Source: Myxococcota bacterium (lineage in GTDB: Bacteria; Myxococcota_A; UBA796; UBA2385). Taken from it: 64,000 bases of DNA. Positions within the stretch are counted from its first letter, which is position 1. Every line of letters begins with the position of its first letter. The translations under genes were made by a program, and so were the position numbers. Location of the stretch: positions 480,001-544,000 of the forward strand of contig JBIJDH010000001.1 of assembly GCA_044344255.1 (NCBI GenBank), written 5' to 3'. The notes below the pieces were generated by a model. The model was given only the letters and a program-made list of their open reading frames with translations, ran no database searches and was not told where the DNA came from. Positions 9,405 to 18,647 of the stretch are shown here, in pieces.

Positions 9405-10526
9405 TCAGGGCGGCCCCACTTCCACGGTCGCGGTCGCGGTCGACCCGTCACCCACACCGGCCGCCTCGAGCACCTGCCGGCTCACCGTCTGCCAGCTCCG
9501 CACCCGGGGGTGCGTCCGGCGACCGAGCCAGCGGCGGCCGGCCTCGATGTAGGCCCCGTCGTCGGCCGGCGGCACGACGGTGCCCCCCTGCTCGAGGATC
9601 TCCCGCACGTCTCCGACGTCTCCGGCCACCACCGGCGTGCCCTGCGCCCGGTAGTCGAGCAGCTTCAAGGGGCAGAACCAGGGAGGGGTGTCCTCCGGGT
9701 AGGGCGCGAGGGCGAGATCGAGGGCGGCCACGGCGTCGGCGAGGTCTTGGGCGCGCAGGTATCCGGGGGCGACCGCCCCGAGCGGCAGATCTGCCGGACG
9801 AGGCCCGATGAGGGCGAGGCGAGCGTGGAGCGCCACCGCGATGCGGCCGAGACGCTCGATGCCGTGCCACTGGCGCATCGAGCCGACAAAGCCCACCAGC
9901 GGCTCATCCTGGGCCACCCCCAAGAGGCGCCGCCCCCGCTCTCGATCACCCCGCACCGGCACCACGCCGTTCGGGATCCAGCGCACGTTGCGGCAGCCCA
10001 CCTCCTCGGTGAGCCAGCGCACGAGCCAGCGGCTCACCGCCACCACCACCGGCGCGGCGAGCAGCACCTGGCGCTCCCATCGGTCTGCCCAGCGGGGCTG
10101 GAGGACGGTCTCGAAGCGGGAGCGCTCCACCACGGGGGGCGCGTTGACCTCGAGCACCCAGGGCCGGCCGAGCCGATCGTGGAGCCGCCAGCCCGCGTCG
10201 CTGAAGAGCGTGTGCCGCTCGATGATCACGTCCGGGGTCCAGCCCTCGAAGGCGTCGTGCAGCACCCGATCGGCGAGGCAGCGGGCGGCCCGCACCTCCC
10301 GCATCTCGCCGTAGCGCTTGAGCCAGGACGGCCAGCCGGGCACCCCCGTGATGATCGCCGGGGTGGGCTCGCCGAAGCGGCCCCGTCGATCAACAGACTG
10401 GGCGGCGTAGAGCCGGGTGTCATGCTCCCGGGCCAGGGCCGCGCAGAGCCCGCGCACGTGGCTGCTCGAGCCGCTCGGCCCCTGGACCGGGATCCCGGGC
10501 GCCGGGAGCAGGTAGGCGACGCGCAG
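9405..10526 (-). CDS. Glycosyltransferase family 4
   Basis: LRVAYL N-terminal strand, VLEVNAP, VAVS, IPNGV, GFVGS...WHG, FCPLKLLDY; apparent CTG start at 10526. Confidence 0.85.
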   Translation of the reverse strand: MRVAYLLPAPGIPVQGPSGSSSHVRGLCAALAREHDTRLYAAQSVDRRGRFGEPTPAIITGVPGWPSWLKRYGEMREVRAARCLADRVLHDAFEGWTPDVIIERHTLFSDAGWRLHDRLGRPWVLEVNAPPVVERSRFETVLQPRWADRWERQVLLAAPVVVAVSRWLVRWLTEEVGCRNVRWIPNGVVPVRGDRERGRRLLGVAQDEPLVGFVGSMRQWHGIERLGRIAVALHARLALIGPRPADLPLGAVAPGYLRAQDLADAVAALDLALAPYPEDTPPWFCPLKLLDYRAQGTPVVAGDVGDVREILEQGGTVVPPADDGAYIEAGRRWLGRRTHPRVRSWQTVSRQVLEAAGVGDGSTATATVEVGPP

Positions 10527-10535
10527 CGGGGCCCC

Positions 10536-11654
10536 TCAGCCGCGGGCGGCGGCGAAGGCGGCTTCGAGGTCAGCCTGGAGGTCGATGACGTGCTCCACGC
10601 CCACGCTCAGGCGGATGAGGCCGTCCGGCAGGCCGATCGAGGCCCGCACCGCCGCCGGGATGGAGGCGTGGGTCATGATGGCCGGGAGCTCGATCAGGCT
10701 CTCCACGCCGCCCAGGCTCTCGGCCAGGGTGAAGAGCGAGGTGCCCTTCACGAAGCGCACGGCGGCGTCGAGGTCTCCGTCGAGCACGAAGGAGATCATC
10801 CCGCCGAAGCCCGGATAATGCACCTTGACCACGTCGCTCCGCTCGCTGAGCCAGGCCACGAGCGCGCGCGCGTTCTCGGTGTGGCGCTCCATCCGGAGGT
10901 GCAGCGTCTTGATGCCGCGCATCGTGAGGAAGCAGTCCCAGGGCCCCGGGACGGCGCCGCAGGCGTTCTGGAGGAAGGCGAGGCGCTGGTGCAGGGCGTC
11001 GTCATTGGTGATGACCGCGCCGCCCACGACGTCGCTGTGGCCGCCCATGTACTTGGTGGTGCTGTGCACCACGATGTCGGCCCCGAGCGAGAGGGGCCGC
11101 TGGTAGACCGGCGTGGCGAAGGTGTTGTCAACCACCACCAAGGCGCCCACCGCGTGCGCCTTCTCGACCACCGCCGCGATGTCGGTGGTCTTGAGCAGCG
11201 GGTTCGTGGGCGACTCGAGCCAGACGAGCTTCGTGCCCGCGGGGATCACCGCCTCGGGCTTCGAGAGATCGACGAAGGAGAACTCAATGCCGAAGCGCGA
11301 CCACTCCCGCGTGAACAGACGGTACGTCCCACCGTAGACGTCATCTCCACAGACCACCTTGTCCCCCGCCGACAGCGTGCGGATGACGGTGTCGGTGGCG
11401 GCGAGGCCCGAGGCGAAGCAGAGGCCGTGCTTGCCCCCCTCGAGGGCGGCGATGCAGGCCTGCAGCGCGCTGCGGGTGGGGTTGTGGGTGCGACTGTACT
11501 CCCAGGGCCACTCACCGGGGTGCGGCTGGGCGTAGGTGGAGGTCTGGAAGACCGGCACCATCACAGCGCCGGTGACCGCCTCTGGGGGCTGACCGGCGTG
11601 GATGGCCAGGGTGCCGAGCTGGAGCGCCTTGTCCGAGTGTGCGACCGGCTTCAT
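10536..11654 (-). CDS. Cystathionine gamma-lyase/synthase (PLP-dependent Cys/Met metabolism family)
   Basis: YSRTHNPT, FASG, DDVYGGT, ESPTNP, VDNTFATP, HSTTKYMGGHSD, AESLGGVESL. Confidence 0.95.
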   Translation of the reverse strand: MKPVAHSDKALQLGTLAIHAGQPPEAVTGAVMVPVFQTSTYAQPHPGEWPWEYSRTHNPTRSALQACIAALEGGKHGLCFASGLAATDTVIRTLSAGDKVVCGDDVYGGTYRLFTREWSRFGIEFSFVDLSKPEAVIPAGTKLVWLESPTNPLLKTTDIAAVVEKAHAVGALVVVDNTFATPVYQRPLSLGADIVVHSTTKYMGGHSDVVGGAVITNDDALHQRLAFLQNACGAVPGPWDCFLTMRGIKTLHLRMERHTENARALVAWLSERSDVVKVHYPGFGGMISFVLDGDLDAAVRFVKGTSLFTLAESLGGVESLIELPAIMTHASIPAAVRASIGLPDGLIRLSVGVEHVIDLQADLEAAFAAARG

Positions 11655-13036
11655 GCGGCGCTCCCGCGGGTCTCGGAGATGAAGTCGATGAGGTCGATCC
11701 GGGTGATGATGTCGACCGGCGCGTGGTCGTTATCGAGGACGATCGCCACCTTGAAGCGGCGGAAGAGCTCTGTCAGCACCGCGACCTCGGTGTCCCGGTC
11801 GACGGTGCAGTACGAGGCCTCGACCAGATCGGCCACCGGCACATCCGAGCGCCCACCCTCGAGCGCCTTCTCGAGCAGCCGCTTGTCAAAGAGCACGCCC
11901 TGGATGCGGCCGCCCTCCATCACCGGCACCTGGCTGATGCCGTGCATCTTGAGGACGCCGATGACCTCGGCCACCCGCGCCGAGGGGCGCACGGTGACGA
12001 GGCTGCGCTTGCCGCGGAAGGCCATGAGGTCAGCCACGGAGCCCATGCGGGTGTCGGGCTCGAGGAAGCCGTTCTCGCGCATCCAGCTGTCATTGAAGAT
12101 CTTGGACAGGTACTTGTTGGCTCCGTCGGGGAGCAACACGACGGCCGTCAGGCCCTCCCGGTCGTGGCGACGGAGGTACTTGAGCGCGCCCGCGACAGCG
12201 GCACCCGAGGAGCCCCCGCAGAAGAGGCCCTCTTCACGCACGAGGCGGCGGGTGGTCTGGAAACACTCCTTGTCATTGACCCGCACCACGTCGTCGACGT
12301 ACTGGAAGTCCATGGTGGAGGGGAGGAAGTCCTCACCGATGCCCTCGATCACATAAGTGTGGGGCTGGGTGAGCTGACCGGTGCTGAAGTAGTCGTAGTA
12401 GAGCGAGCCGACAGGGTCCACGCCCACGACCTTGATCTCTGGCTTCTGCTCCTTCAGGTACTTTCCGGTGCCCGTGATCGTCCCGCCCGTGCCGAGGCCG
12501 GCGAAGAAGGCGTCGATCTTGCCGTCGATTTGGTTGTACAGCTCGGGCCCGGTGCTCTTGTAGTGGGCCCGCGGGTTGGCGTCGTTGTGGTACTGATTGG
12601 CGTAGAAGGCGTTCGGCGTCTCGGCCACGAGCCGCTTGGCGGTCTGGTAGTAGGAGCGCGGATCTTCGGCGTCGACGTTGGTGGGGGTGATGACCACCCG
12701 CGCGCCCCAGGCCCGCAGCGCCGCCCGCTTCTCCTCGGACTGCTTGTCCGGCATCACGAAGATGCTGCGATAGCCGCGCAGAGCGGCGACCATGGCGAGG
12801 CCTGCGCCGGTGTTCCCACTCGTGGCCTCGATGATGGTGCCCCCCGGCTTGATCGCGCCGGTGCGCTCGGCCTCATCGAGGATCTCGATCGCGATGCGGT
12901 CTTTGACCGAACCGGCCGGGTTCATGTACTCCAGCTTGGCATAGAGCGTGGACTTGAGCCCCTCCGTGACGTGGTTCAGCCGAACGAGCGGCGTATCGCC
13001 TACACACTGGAGGATGTTGTCGTGGACCTTGTGCAT
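11651..13036 (-). CDS. Cystathionine beta-synthase with C-terminal CBS (Bateman) domains
   Basis: KLEYMNPAGSVKDR, EATSGNTG, GLGTGGT, EGIG; tandem CBS domains; coupled to the CGL gene. Confidence 0.93.
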   Translation of the reverse strand: MHKVHDNILQCVGDTPLVRLNHVTEGLKSTLYAKLEYMNPAGSVKDRIAIEILDEAERTGAIKPGGTIIEATSGNTGAGLAMVAALRGYRSIFVMPDKQSEEKRAALRAWGARVVITPTNVDAEDPRSYYQTAKRLVAETPNAFYANQYHNDANPRAHYKSTGPELYNQIDGKIDAFFAGLGTGGTITGTGKYLKEQKPEIKVVGVDPVGSLYYDYFSTGQLTQPHTYVIEGIGEDFLPSTMDFQYVDDVVRVNDKECFQTTRRLVREEGLFCGGSSGAAVAGALKYLRRHDREGLTAVVLLPDGANKYLSKIFNDSWMRENGFLEPDTRMGSVADLMAFRGKRSLVTVRPSARVAEVIGVLKMHGISQVPVMEGGRIQGVLFDKRLLEKALEGGRSDVPVADLVEASYCTVDRDTEVAVLTELFRRFKVAIVLDNDHAPVDIITRIDLIDFISETRGSAA

Positions 13037-13208
13037 CGGTGCTCCCCGGGGGCGCGCCTTTACCCGATGGGCCGAAGAACCGCCACGCAGGCGGCCTGCG
13101 GCCGCGCCCGATCCGGTAGGATATGCGGGCCGGGGGCTCCGCCGACCCGCCGGTCGGACCCTACTCCCCCGGGCCTCCATCCCGAAGAACGCACCGCAGG
13201 GCTCACTC

Positions 13209-14801
13209 GTGGACGACATCAGGGACCGCATCGTACGCAGGGGAGACTACGTCCGGGGCTCCTTCCTCAAACCCGAATCGGTCGACGGCTACATCAACGC
13301 CGTCAACCCGGGTGACCGGAGCGACGTCCTCGGTCGATTCCCCTTCTCGGAGGCCAGCGTAGACGACGCCGTGGAGGCCGCGACCAACGGCTCCCGCGCC
13401 TGGCGTCGCCTGCCCCTGAACGACCGCGCCACGGTCGTCCGTCGCTTCCGCGACAACATCGCCCGCTTCCAGGAGCGCATCGCCCGCCTCGTCACCCGTG
13501 AGACCGGTAAGGCCATCTGGGAGTCCCGCCAGGAGGTGCTGGCGGCCATCCGCGCGATCGACCTCTTCCTCGATGAGGGGGTCCAGCTCCTCGCGCCGCG
13601 GGTGATCGAAGACATCGGCGCCCGCTCCGATCGGCTGCCCCGCGGCGTCGTCGCCATGCTCTGCCCCTACAACTTCCCCGTGCTCCTCCCCGCCTCGCAA
13701 GGGGCGGCGGCGGTGCTCGCCGGCAACGCGATCGTCGTCAAGCCGAGCAAGTTCACCCCGGGCGTCGGCCAGACCCTCGCCGAGCTCTGGGACCGCTGCA
13801 AGCTGCCGCGCGGCGTCTACAACATGGTGCAGGGACCGGGCACGGTGATCGGCACCCGGATGGTGCAGCACCCCGGCGTAGACGCGGTGATCTTCACCGG
13901 CAACTACGCCACCGCCGCCCACCTCCGCCAGGCGACCCCCGACCGCCCCGAGCTGCCCATGATCCTCCAGTGTGGAGGTAAGGGCATCGCCATCGTCCTC
14001 GACGACGCCGAGCTCGACCGCGCCGTCTACGAGGTCATGGTCAGCGCCTTCCTCACGAGCGGTCAGCGGCACAACTCGACAGGCCGGGTCATCGTCACCG
14101 AGGGCATCTACGAGAGCTTCGCCAACGCCCTCGTGCGCCACAGCGCGCGCCTGACGGTCGGCTACGGCTTCGACCATGACGTCTTCATGGGCCCGGTGAT
14201 CTCCGAGAACCTGCGCGCACGCTATCGCCGCTTCGGCCGCACCCTGGTGAGCAAGGGGCACGAGGCCCTGCTCGACGCCAACCCCGAGAAGATCGAGCGC
14301 CGCGGCTTCTACGCCCGCCCGGCCATCTTCCGGGTCCACTGGGAGAACGGCGACCCCTGCCTCGTGGACGAGCCCCCCGGGCCGATGCTGCTCATCTACA
14401 AGGTGGCCAACTGGGAAGAGGCCACAGCGCTGCACAACCAGGCCGCCTTCCGCGCCTCCACGAGCGTCTTCACGCGGACGGACAGCCCGGTCCTCAATGA
14501 GCTGCGCGACCGTGTCCGAACGGGCGCCCTCAACATCAACCGCGGCACCATCGGCGCCTCGCTGCGCCTGCCCTCGGTGGGGCTCGGGCGCAGCAGCAAC
14601 GGTGTCCCGGCGGGGCTCGAGATCCTGCAGGTGCTCACCCACCCGCGCTCTCAGCTCATCGAAGTGCGCCCCTTCACGGGCTCCCCGGTGCTGCCGGGCA
14701 CGAACTGGAACCTCCCCCCCTCGCACGAGCCCGAGGTGGAGGTGGAAGACACCGACGAGAGCGACGACCTCTCCGCCTCCCTCGAGCTCTCCGCCGAGTA
14801 G
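13209..14801 (+). CDS. Aldehyde dehydrogenase family protein (AstD-like) with catalytic residues substituted
   Basis: ETGK, PYNFP, GNAIVVKPS, FTG present; LEMGG position reads LQCGG and GQRC position reads GQRH; GTG start after CAGGG. Confidence 0.85.
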   Translation: MDDIRDRIVRRGDYVRGSFLKPESVDGYINAVNPGDRSDVLGRFPFSEASVDDAVEAATNGSRAWRRLPLNDRATVVRRFRDNIARFQERIARLVTRETGKAIWESRQEVLAAIRAIDLFLDEGVQLLAPRVIEDIGARSDRLPRGVVAMLCPYNFPVLLPASQGAAAVLAGNAIVVKPSKFTPGVGQTLAELWDRCKLPRGVYNMVQGPGTVIGTRMVQHPGVDAVIFTGNYATAAHLRQATPDRPELPMILQCGGKGIAIVLDDAELDRAVYEVMVSAFLTSGQRHNSTGRVIVTEGIYESFANALVRHSARLTVGYGFDHDVFMGPVISENLRARYRRFGRTLVSKGHEALLDANPEKIERRGFYARPAIFRVHWENGDPCLVDEPPGPMLLIYKVANWEEATALHNQAAFRASTSVFTRTDSPVLNELRDRVRTGALNINRGTIGASLRLPSVGLGRSSNGVPAGLEILQVLTHPRSQLIEVRPFTGSPVLPGTNWNLPPSHEPEVEVEDTDESDDLSASLELSAE

Positions 14802-14900
14802 GCGGGCGCCGCGAGCGCGGGGAGGGCCCAGGGCCCCCCGCGGGCCCCTCCGACCCAGCCCGTCGAGACGAGCACCTCACGGTGACGATCCCCGTGAGGA

Positions 14901-15677
14901 TCAGCCGCCTGCGGGCTTCTCCGGCGGCTTCTCACCCGGCGGAGGACCGCCGCCCGGAGGCGGACCGCCCCCTGGCGGGGGACCCCCTGCGCCTTCGGGG
15001 CCGCCGGGAGGGCCCCCCGGGCCGGCGGGGGGGCCGCCAGCGCCACCCGCGCCGCCAGGACCCCCGGGGCCGCCGCCGGGGCCGCCGCCCGTGGGGGCGT
15101 CGGTGAGGGTGAGGGTCACGCCGCTGACATCGGCGGCGGTGGAGCCCAGATCCTTGCCCTCGGCGATCATGTCGGGCTTGCCGGACAGCTTGCCGTCCTT
15201 GTTGGCGTCACAGAGCGCAGCGAGGCGGAGCTCCTGGCCCTTGGGCACCAGCACCGAGAAGGGGCCGACCGCGGCGGGCTCGGTGGAGGTGAGCGGGCCG
15301 GGGGGGATGGAGGGGTCCGAGGGCGGCTTGGCGCCGATGACGTCCACCCGCAGCGTGCCAGCGCACTCGCCGACGATGGTGCCCGAGACCGTGACATGCT
15401 CGCCGGCGGCGATGTCCTGCTGGGTCTTCTGGGGCTTCATCGTATTGAGGTCAAACTCGGGCCCGCCGCCCGGGCCGCCCCCCGCGCCGCCGGGGCCCCC
15501 CGCGCCGCCGGGGCCGCCGGGACCACCCGGACCACCCGGGCCACCCTCCGCGCCGCCCGGGCCAGCGCCCGGACCACCCGGGCCTCCACCCGCGCCGGGG
15601 GCGTTCCCGGGCTGCTCAGAGGGGGCGGGGCAGGCCGCGAGGCTCAGCAGGAGCGGCAACATCATCCAGGACCGCAT
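14901..15677 (-). CDS. Gly/Pro-rich lipoprotein with central beta-sandwich domain
   Basis: Lipobox LAAC; (GGP)n tracts flank a globular region containing an EF-hand-like DANKDGKL. Confidence 0.7.
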   Translation of the reverse strand: MRSWMMLPLLLSLAACPAPSEQPGNAPGAGGGPGGPGAGPGGAEGGPGGPGGPGGPGGAGGPGGAGGGPGGGPEFDLNTMKPQKTQQDIAAGEHVTVSGTIVGECAGTLRVDVIGAKPPSDPSIPPGPLTSTEPAAVGPFSVLVPKGQELRLAALCDANKDGKLSGKPDMIAEGKDLGSTAADVSGVTLTLTDAPTGGGPGGGPGGPGGAGGAGGPPAGPGGPPGGPEGAGGPPPGGGPPPGGGPPPGEKPPEKPAGG

Positions 15678-15731
15678 GACAACATCCTCCCAGGGGCGGG
15701 AACGCACGAAGGTCAGGGGAGCCGAGGGCGC

Positions 15732-17759
15732 TCAGGCGGGATCGATCCGGCAGGCGAGGCCGTCGAGATCGGGGGTCCCGAGCAGGGGGTCGAGCCGGTC
15801 CGTACCCACCAGGGCGAGGGCGTCGGTGCCCCAGCCATGCGGGAGATCGGCGGTGTCGGGGCGGAGGGCCAGGTCGAGCTTCACCGGCACCACGAGGGAG
15901 CCAGCGCGGGTGCTGATCTTCACGCGGCTGCCCTCCGCTACCCCGGAGGAGGGGTGGAGCGAGAGGACGGGCGCCGCGCCGCCGAGCAGGCGGTCGACGG
16001 CCCGGCCCGGGCGGCGGGTCGTTCGCAGGCGCAGGGGGCGGGCCTCGTCGTGGGCGGGCTCGCGCAGCGCCTCGAGCAGGGGCACGATCTCGTCGGGCAC
16101 GAGGTTGATCTTGCCGTCCGGCGTGGTCACCCGCCAGGTGGCCCGATCGGCGTCGCCGCGATCGATGCGGTGCGGCGGGGCCTCGAGGGCCGACCAGGGG
16201 GCATCGCCGAACCACTCGGTCAAGCGGGCCTGCCAGGCGTCGAGATCGGCGGTGGCGAGGTACCGACCGCCGAGGGCGAGCTGCGGCCCGAAGGAGGAGC
16301 CGCGCACGCCCGGGTGGACCGCCGCGAAGAGCTCCTTCAGGATCTGCGCCTCGGGGCGAGCCTCTCCGGCCGCGGGCAGGAGGGCTGGCGTCCAGCCGGT
16401 GAGGTGGTGCGGCAGCAGGTTGGTGTCGAGGAGGTGGAGGTCTGCGCGCTCCCAGGGCAGCGTGATCGGCAGCACCCAGTGGGCCTTCTCGGTGGTCTCA
16501 TCGGGGAAGGCGGCGAGGCAGACGAGCGTGTCGAGGCCATCCAGGGCTGAGGCCACCCGCTGCGAGGCCGGGAGCGCGCGCGCCGGGTTGCCCGAGACCG
16601 AGATCAGGGCCCTGAGCTGCCCCTCTCCGCCTTGGAGGGCCTCGTCGGCGAACAGGGAGCCGGGCGCCTGGAGGAGGATGAGCGGGAGCTGCCCGCCCAC
16701 GCGCGTTCGAGGGGCCTCGGCGGTGGGGATGAGCGCGAGCGGGATGTGGAGGTCGAAGACACCCCGGTGGTCGTAGAGGCCGCCCGGGCGCAGCGTGTTG
16801 GCGGTGATCGTGTGGAGCGCCAGCCAGGCCCAGGCACCCACGCTCGCGTTGCTGTTGGCCAAGGCCGAGGGGCCGAGCCAGGCGGTGGCCATCGCAGCGC
16901 GGGCGAACTTGAGGGTGACGCCGGAGAGGGCCGCCACGTCGACGCCGCAGATCTCGGCGCAGCGCTCGAGCGGCCAAGCCGAGATGAGCTCCACCAGCCG
17001 ATCGTAGCCGGTGGTGTAGTCGTCCACGAACTGGACATCACGGAGGTTGCCCTTCACGATGGAGGACAACATCCCGAGCAGCAAGAAGGGCTCGGTGCCG
17101 GGACGGCAGGCGAGGTGCTGGTCCATCTCGCCGGCGAGCTTGGTCTTCCGGGGGTCGACCACGACCACCTTCGTGCCCTTGGTCTTCCGCGAGTGCCGCA
17201 GGTCCCGCTCGTGGGTCATGCCGGGGACGGAGGCGCCCCAGTCGGTCTGGTCAGGCTCACCGCCGAACATCACCACGAAGTGCGCGCGGCCCAGATCCGG
17301 CAGCAGGAGCGCTGGGTGCCCCAACATCAGCTCGGACATCCGGACGCGCGGGCCCGCCCCCCAGGCGAAGGTGCTGAAGACGTTCGGAGTGCCCATGCCG
17401 AGCGCAAAGGCGAGGCTGCGCACGAAGCCCTGCGTGTTGCGTTCGAGGCCATCGCCGAGGAAGAGGCCCACACCGCGGGCGCCGGAGGCCTTCCGAGCGG
17501 CGCGGAGGCGGTCTCCGATGTCGCGGATCGCCTCCTCCCAGGTGGCGGGGACGAGGCCGGCCTCGGTGCGCCGCATCGGGCGAGTGAAGCGCCGAGGGTC
17601 CGCGAGGAGGCGCGGAGAGGCCGCAGCGGACCCACAGAGGAAGCCCCCGGAGACCGGATCGTCGGCGTCGGGTTGGAGGGCGGTGATGGCGCCGTCTTGC
17701 ACATGGGCGACGAGGCCACAGCTCCCTTCACAGAGTCGGCAGTAGGTGTGGATGTTCAT
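15732..17759 (-). CDS. Molybdopterin-dependent oxidoreductase (DMSO reductase/FdhF-YdeP superfamily), divergent
   Basis: N-terminal CRLCEGSC...C [4Fe-4S] motif, RFTRPM, TWEEA, VVVDPRKT, ETTEKAHWVLP..WER, C-terminal dinucleotide-binding domain. Confidence 0.85.
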   Translation of the reverse strand: MNIHTYCRLCEGSCGLVAHVQDGAITALQPDADDPVSGGFLCGSAAASPRLLADPRRFTRPMRRTEAGLVPATWEEAIRDIGDRLRAARKASGARGVGLFLGDGLERNTQGFVRSLAFALGMGTPNVFSTFAWGAGPRVRMSELMLGHPALLLPDLGRAHFVVMFGGEPDQTDWGASVPGMTHERDLRHSRKTKGTKVVVVDPRKTKLAGEMDQHLACRPGTEPFLLLGMLSSIVKGNLRDVQFVDDYTTGYDRLVELISAWPLERCAEICGVDVAALSGVTLKFARAAMATAWLGPSALANSNASVGAWAWLALHTITANTLRPGGLYDHRGVFDLHIPLALIPTAEAPRTRVGGQLPLILLQAPGSLFADEALQGGEGQLRALISVSGNPARALPASQRVASALDGLDTLVCLAAFPDETTEKAHWVLPITLPWERADLHLLDTNLLPHHLTGWTPALLPAAGEARPEAQILKELFAAVHPGVRGSSFGPQLALGGRYLATADLDAWQARLTEWFGDAPWSALEAPPHRIDRGDADRATWRVTTPDGKINLVPDEIVPLLEALREPAHDEARPLRLRTTRRPGRAVDRLLGGAAPVLSLHPSSGVAEGSRVKISTRAGSLVVPVKLDLALRPDTADLPHGWGTDALALVGTDRLDPLLGTPDLDGLACRIDPA

Positions 17760-17870
17760 GGCCGGGGCCCATATCCCGACCAGCGCGAGCGCTCAGCCGA
17801 GCCGTCGTTTTTTCAGGTCATCGCCCCAACCGGTCGCCGTCCGGCGCGCGCCACCCCACCCGGACCGCCC

Positions 17871-18647
17871 TCAGGCGGGCAGCGCCCGGGCCAGCGCGGC
17901 GAGCTTTCGCGACGACCGTGGCAGATCGGCCGCCTGTCGGTGGAGGGCGCGCACCGCCGCGGCCTCGCGCAGCGCGGGGATCAGCCGCTCGACCAGCCGA
18001 TCGACCTCGGGGCCGTAGAGGGCCGCCAGCCAGGCCACGACCGGCTGCTCGGGGTGGGCGCGCAGCACGGCGAGGGCGGCCTGCTGGGCCTCCGCCAGGG
18101 CGTCCACCGCGAAGAGGGCCTCGAGGGGCTCGATTCGGCCGAGCTCCCCGGTGAGCCCCACGAGCGAGGCTCGCGCTCCCGCCTCGGCGTAAGCGAGGCA
18201 GCGGGCCGCAAAGTCGGGGTGATCGGCCATCGCACGCAGGGGAGCGCGGCCGAAGTCAGCGCCCTCCAGCTTTTGCGCGAGGCCGATCAGCCAGGGGGCG
18301 TCCGGGTGGCGGGAGATCGCGACGGTGAGCACGTCGGGGCCGGTCACGGGGTTCAGCTCGCCGAGCCTCCGGTAGAGCGACTTCGGCGCCACCGCCTCCT
18401 CGAGCACCGCCACCTCCCCGAGGGCCGCGCGGACGACAGCGGGCTCGGAGACGGCCCGAGGGCCGACGAGGAGCTCGACCAGCGCCACCGGCTCGCGCTG
18501 GGCGATGAGGCGGACGCTGGCGGCCACCGGCTCGCCGGCCCGGGCCAGCCGGACGAGCTCCGCCCGCACGAGGGGGAGCTCGCGGCGGAGATCGGCGGCC
18601 CCGAGGTCGAGCCGGATGCCCCCGGGGCTCGCCGCGTCGCCGCTCAT
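17871..18647 (-). CDS. Hypothetical helical protein
   Basis: 258 aa Ala/Leu-rich ORF with typical codon bias; ATGA overlap with upstream gene. Confidence 0.65.
   Translation of the reverse strand: MSGDAASPGGIRLDLGAADLRRELPLVRAELVRLARAGEPVAASVRLIAQREPVALVELLVGPRAVSEPAVVRAALGEVAVLEEAVAPKSLYRRLGELNPVTGPDVLTVAISRHPDAPWLIGLAQKLEGADFGRAPLRAMADHPDFAARCLAYAEAGARASLVGLTGELGRIEPLEALFAVDALAEAQQAALAVLRAHPEQPVVAWLAALYGPEVDRLVERLIPALREAAAVRALHRQAADLPRSSRKLAALARALPA

Noticed and set aside
6386..9811. 1141-aa plus-strand ORF
   Set aside because: Antisense shadow of plsB caused by high-GC codon bias; no motifs
9405..11654. CGL-GT4 fusion by selenocysteine or readthrough at the in-frame TGA
   Set aside because: CGL ends at its normal C-terminus, the fusion has no evident rationale, and an SD plus CTG explains the arrangement more simply
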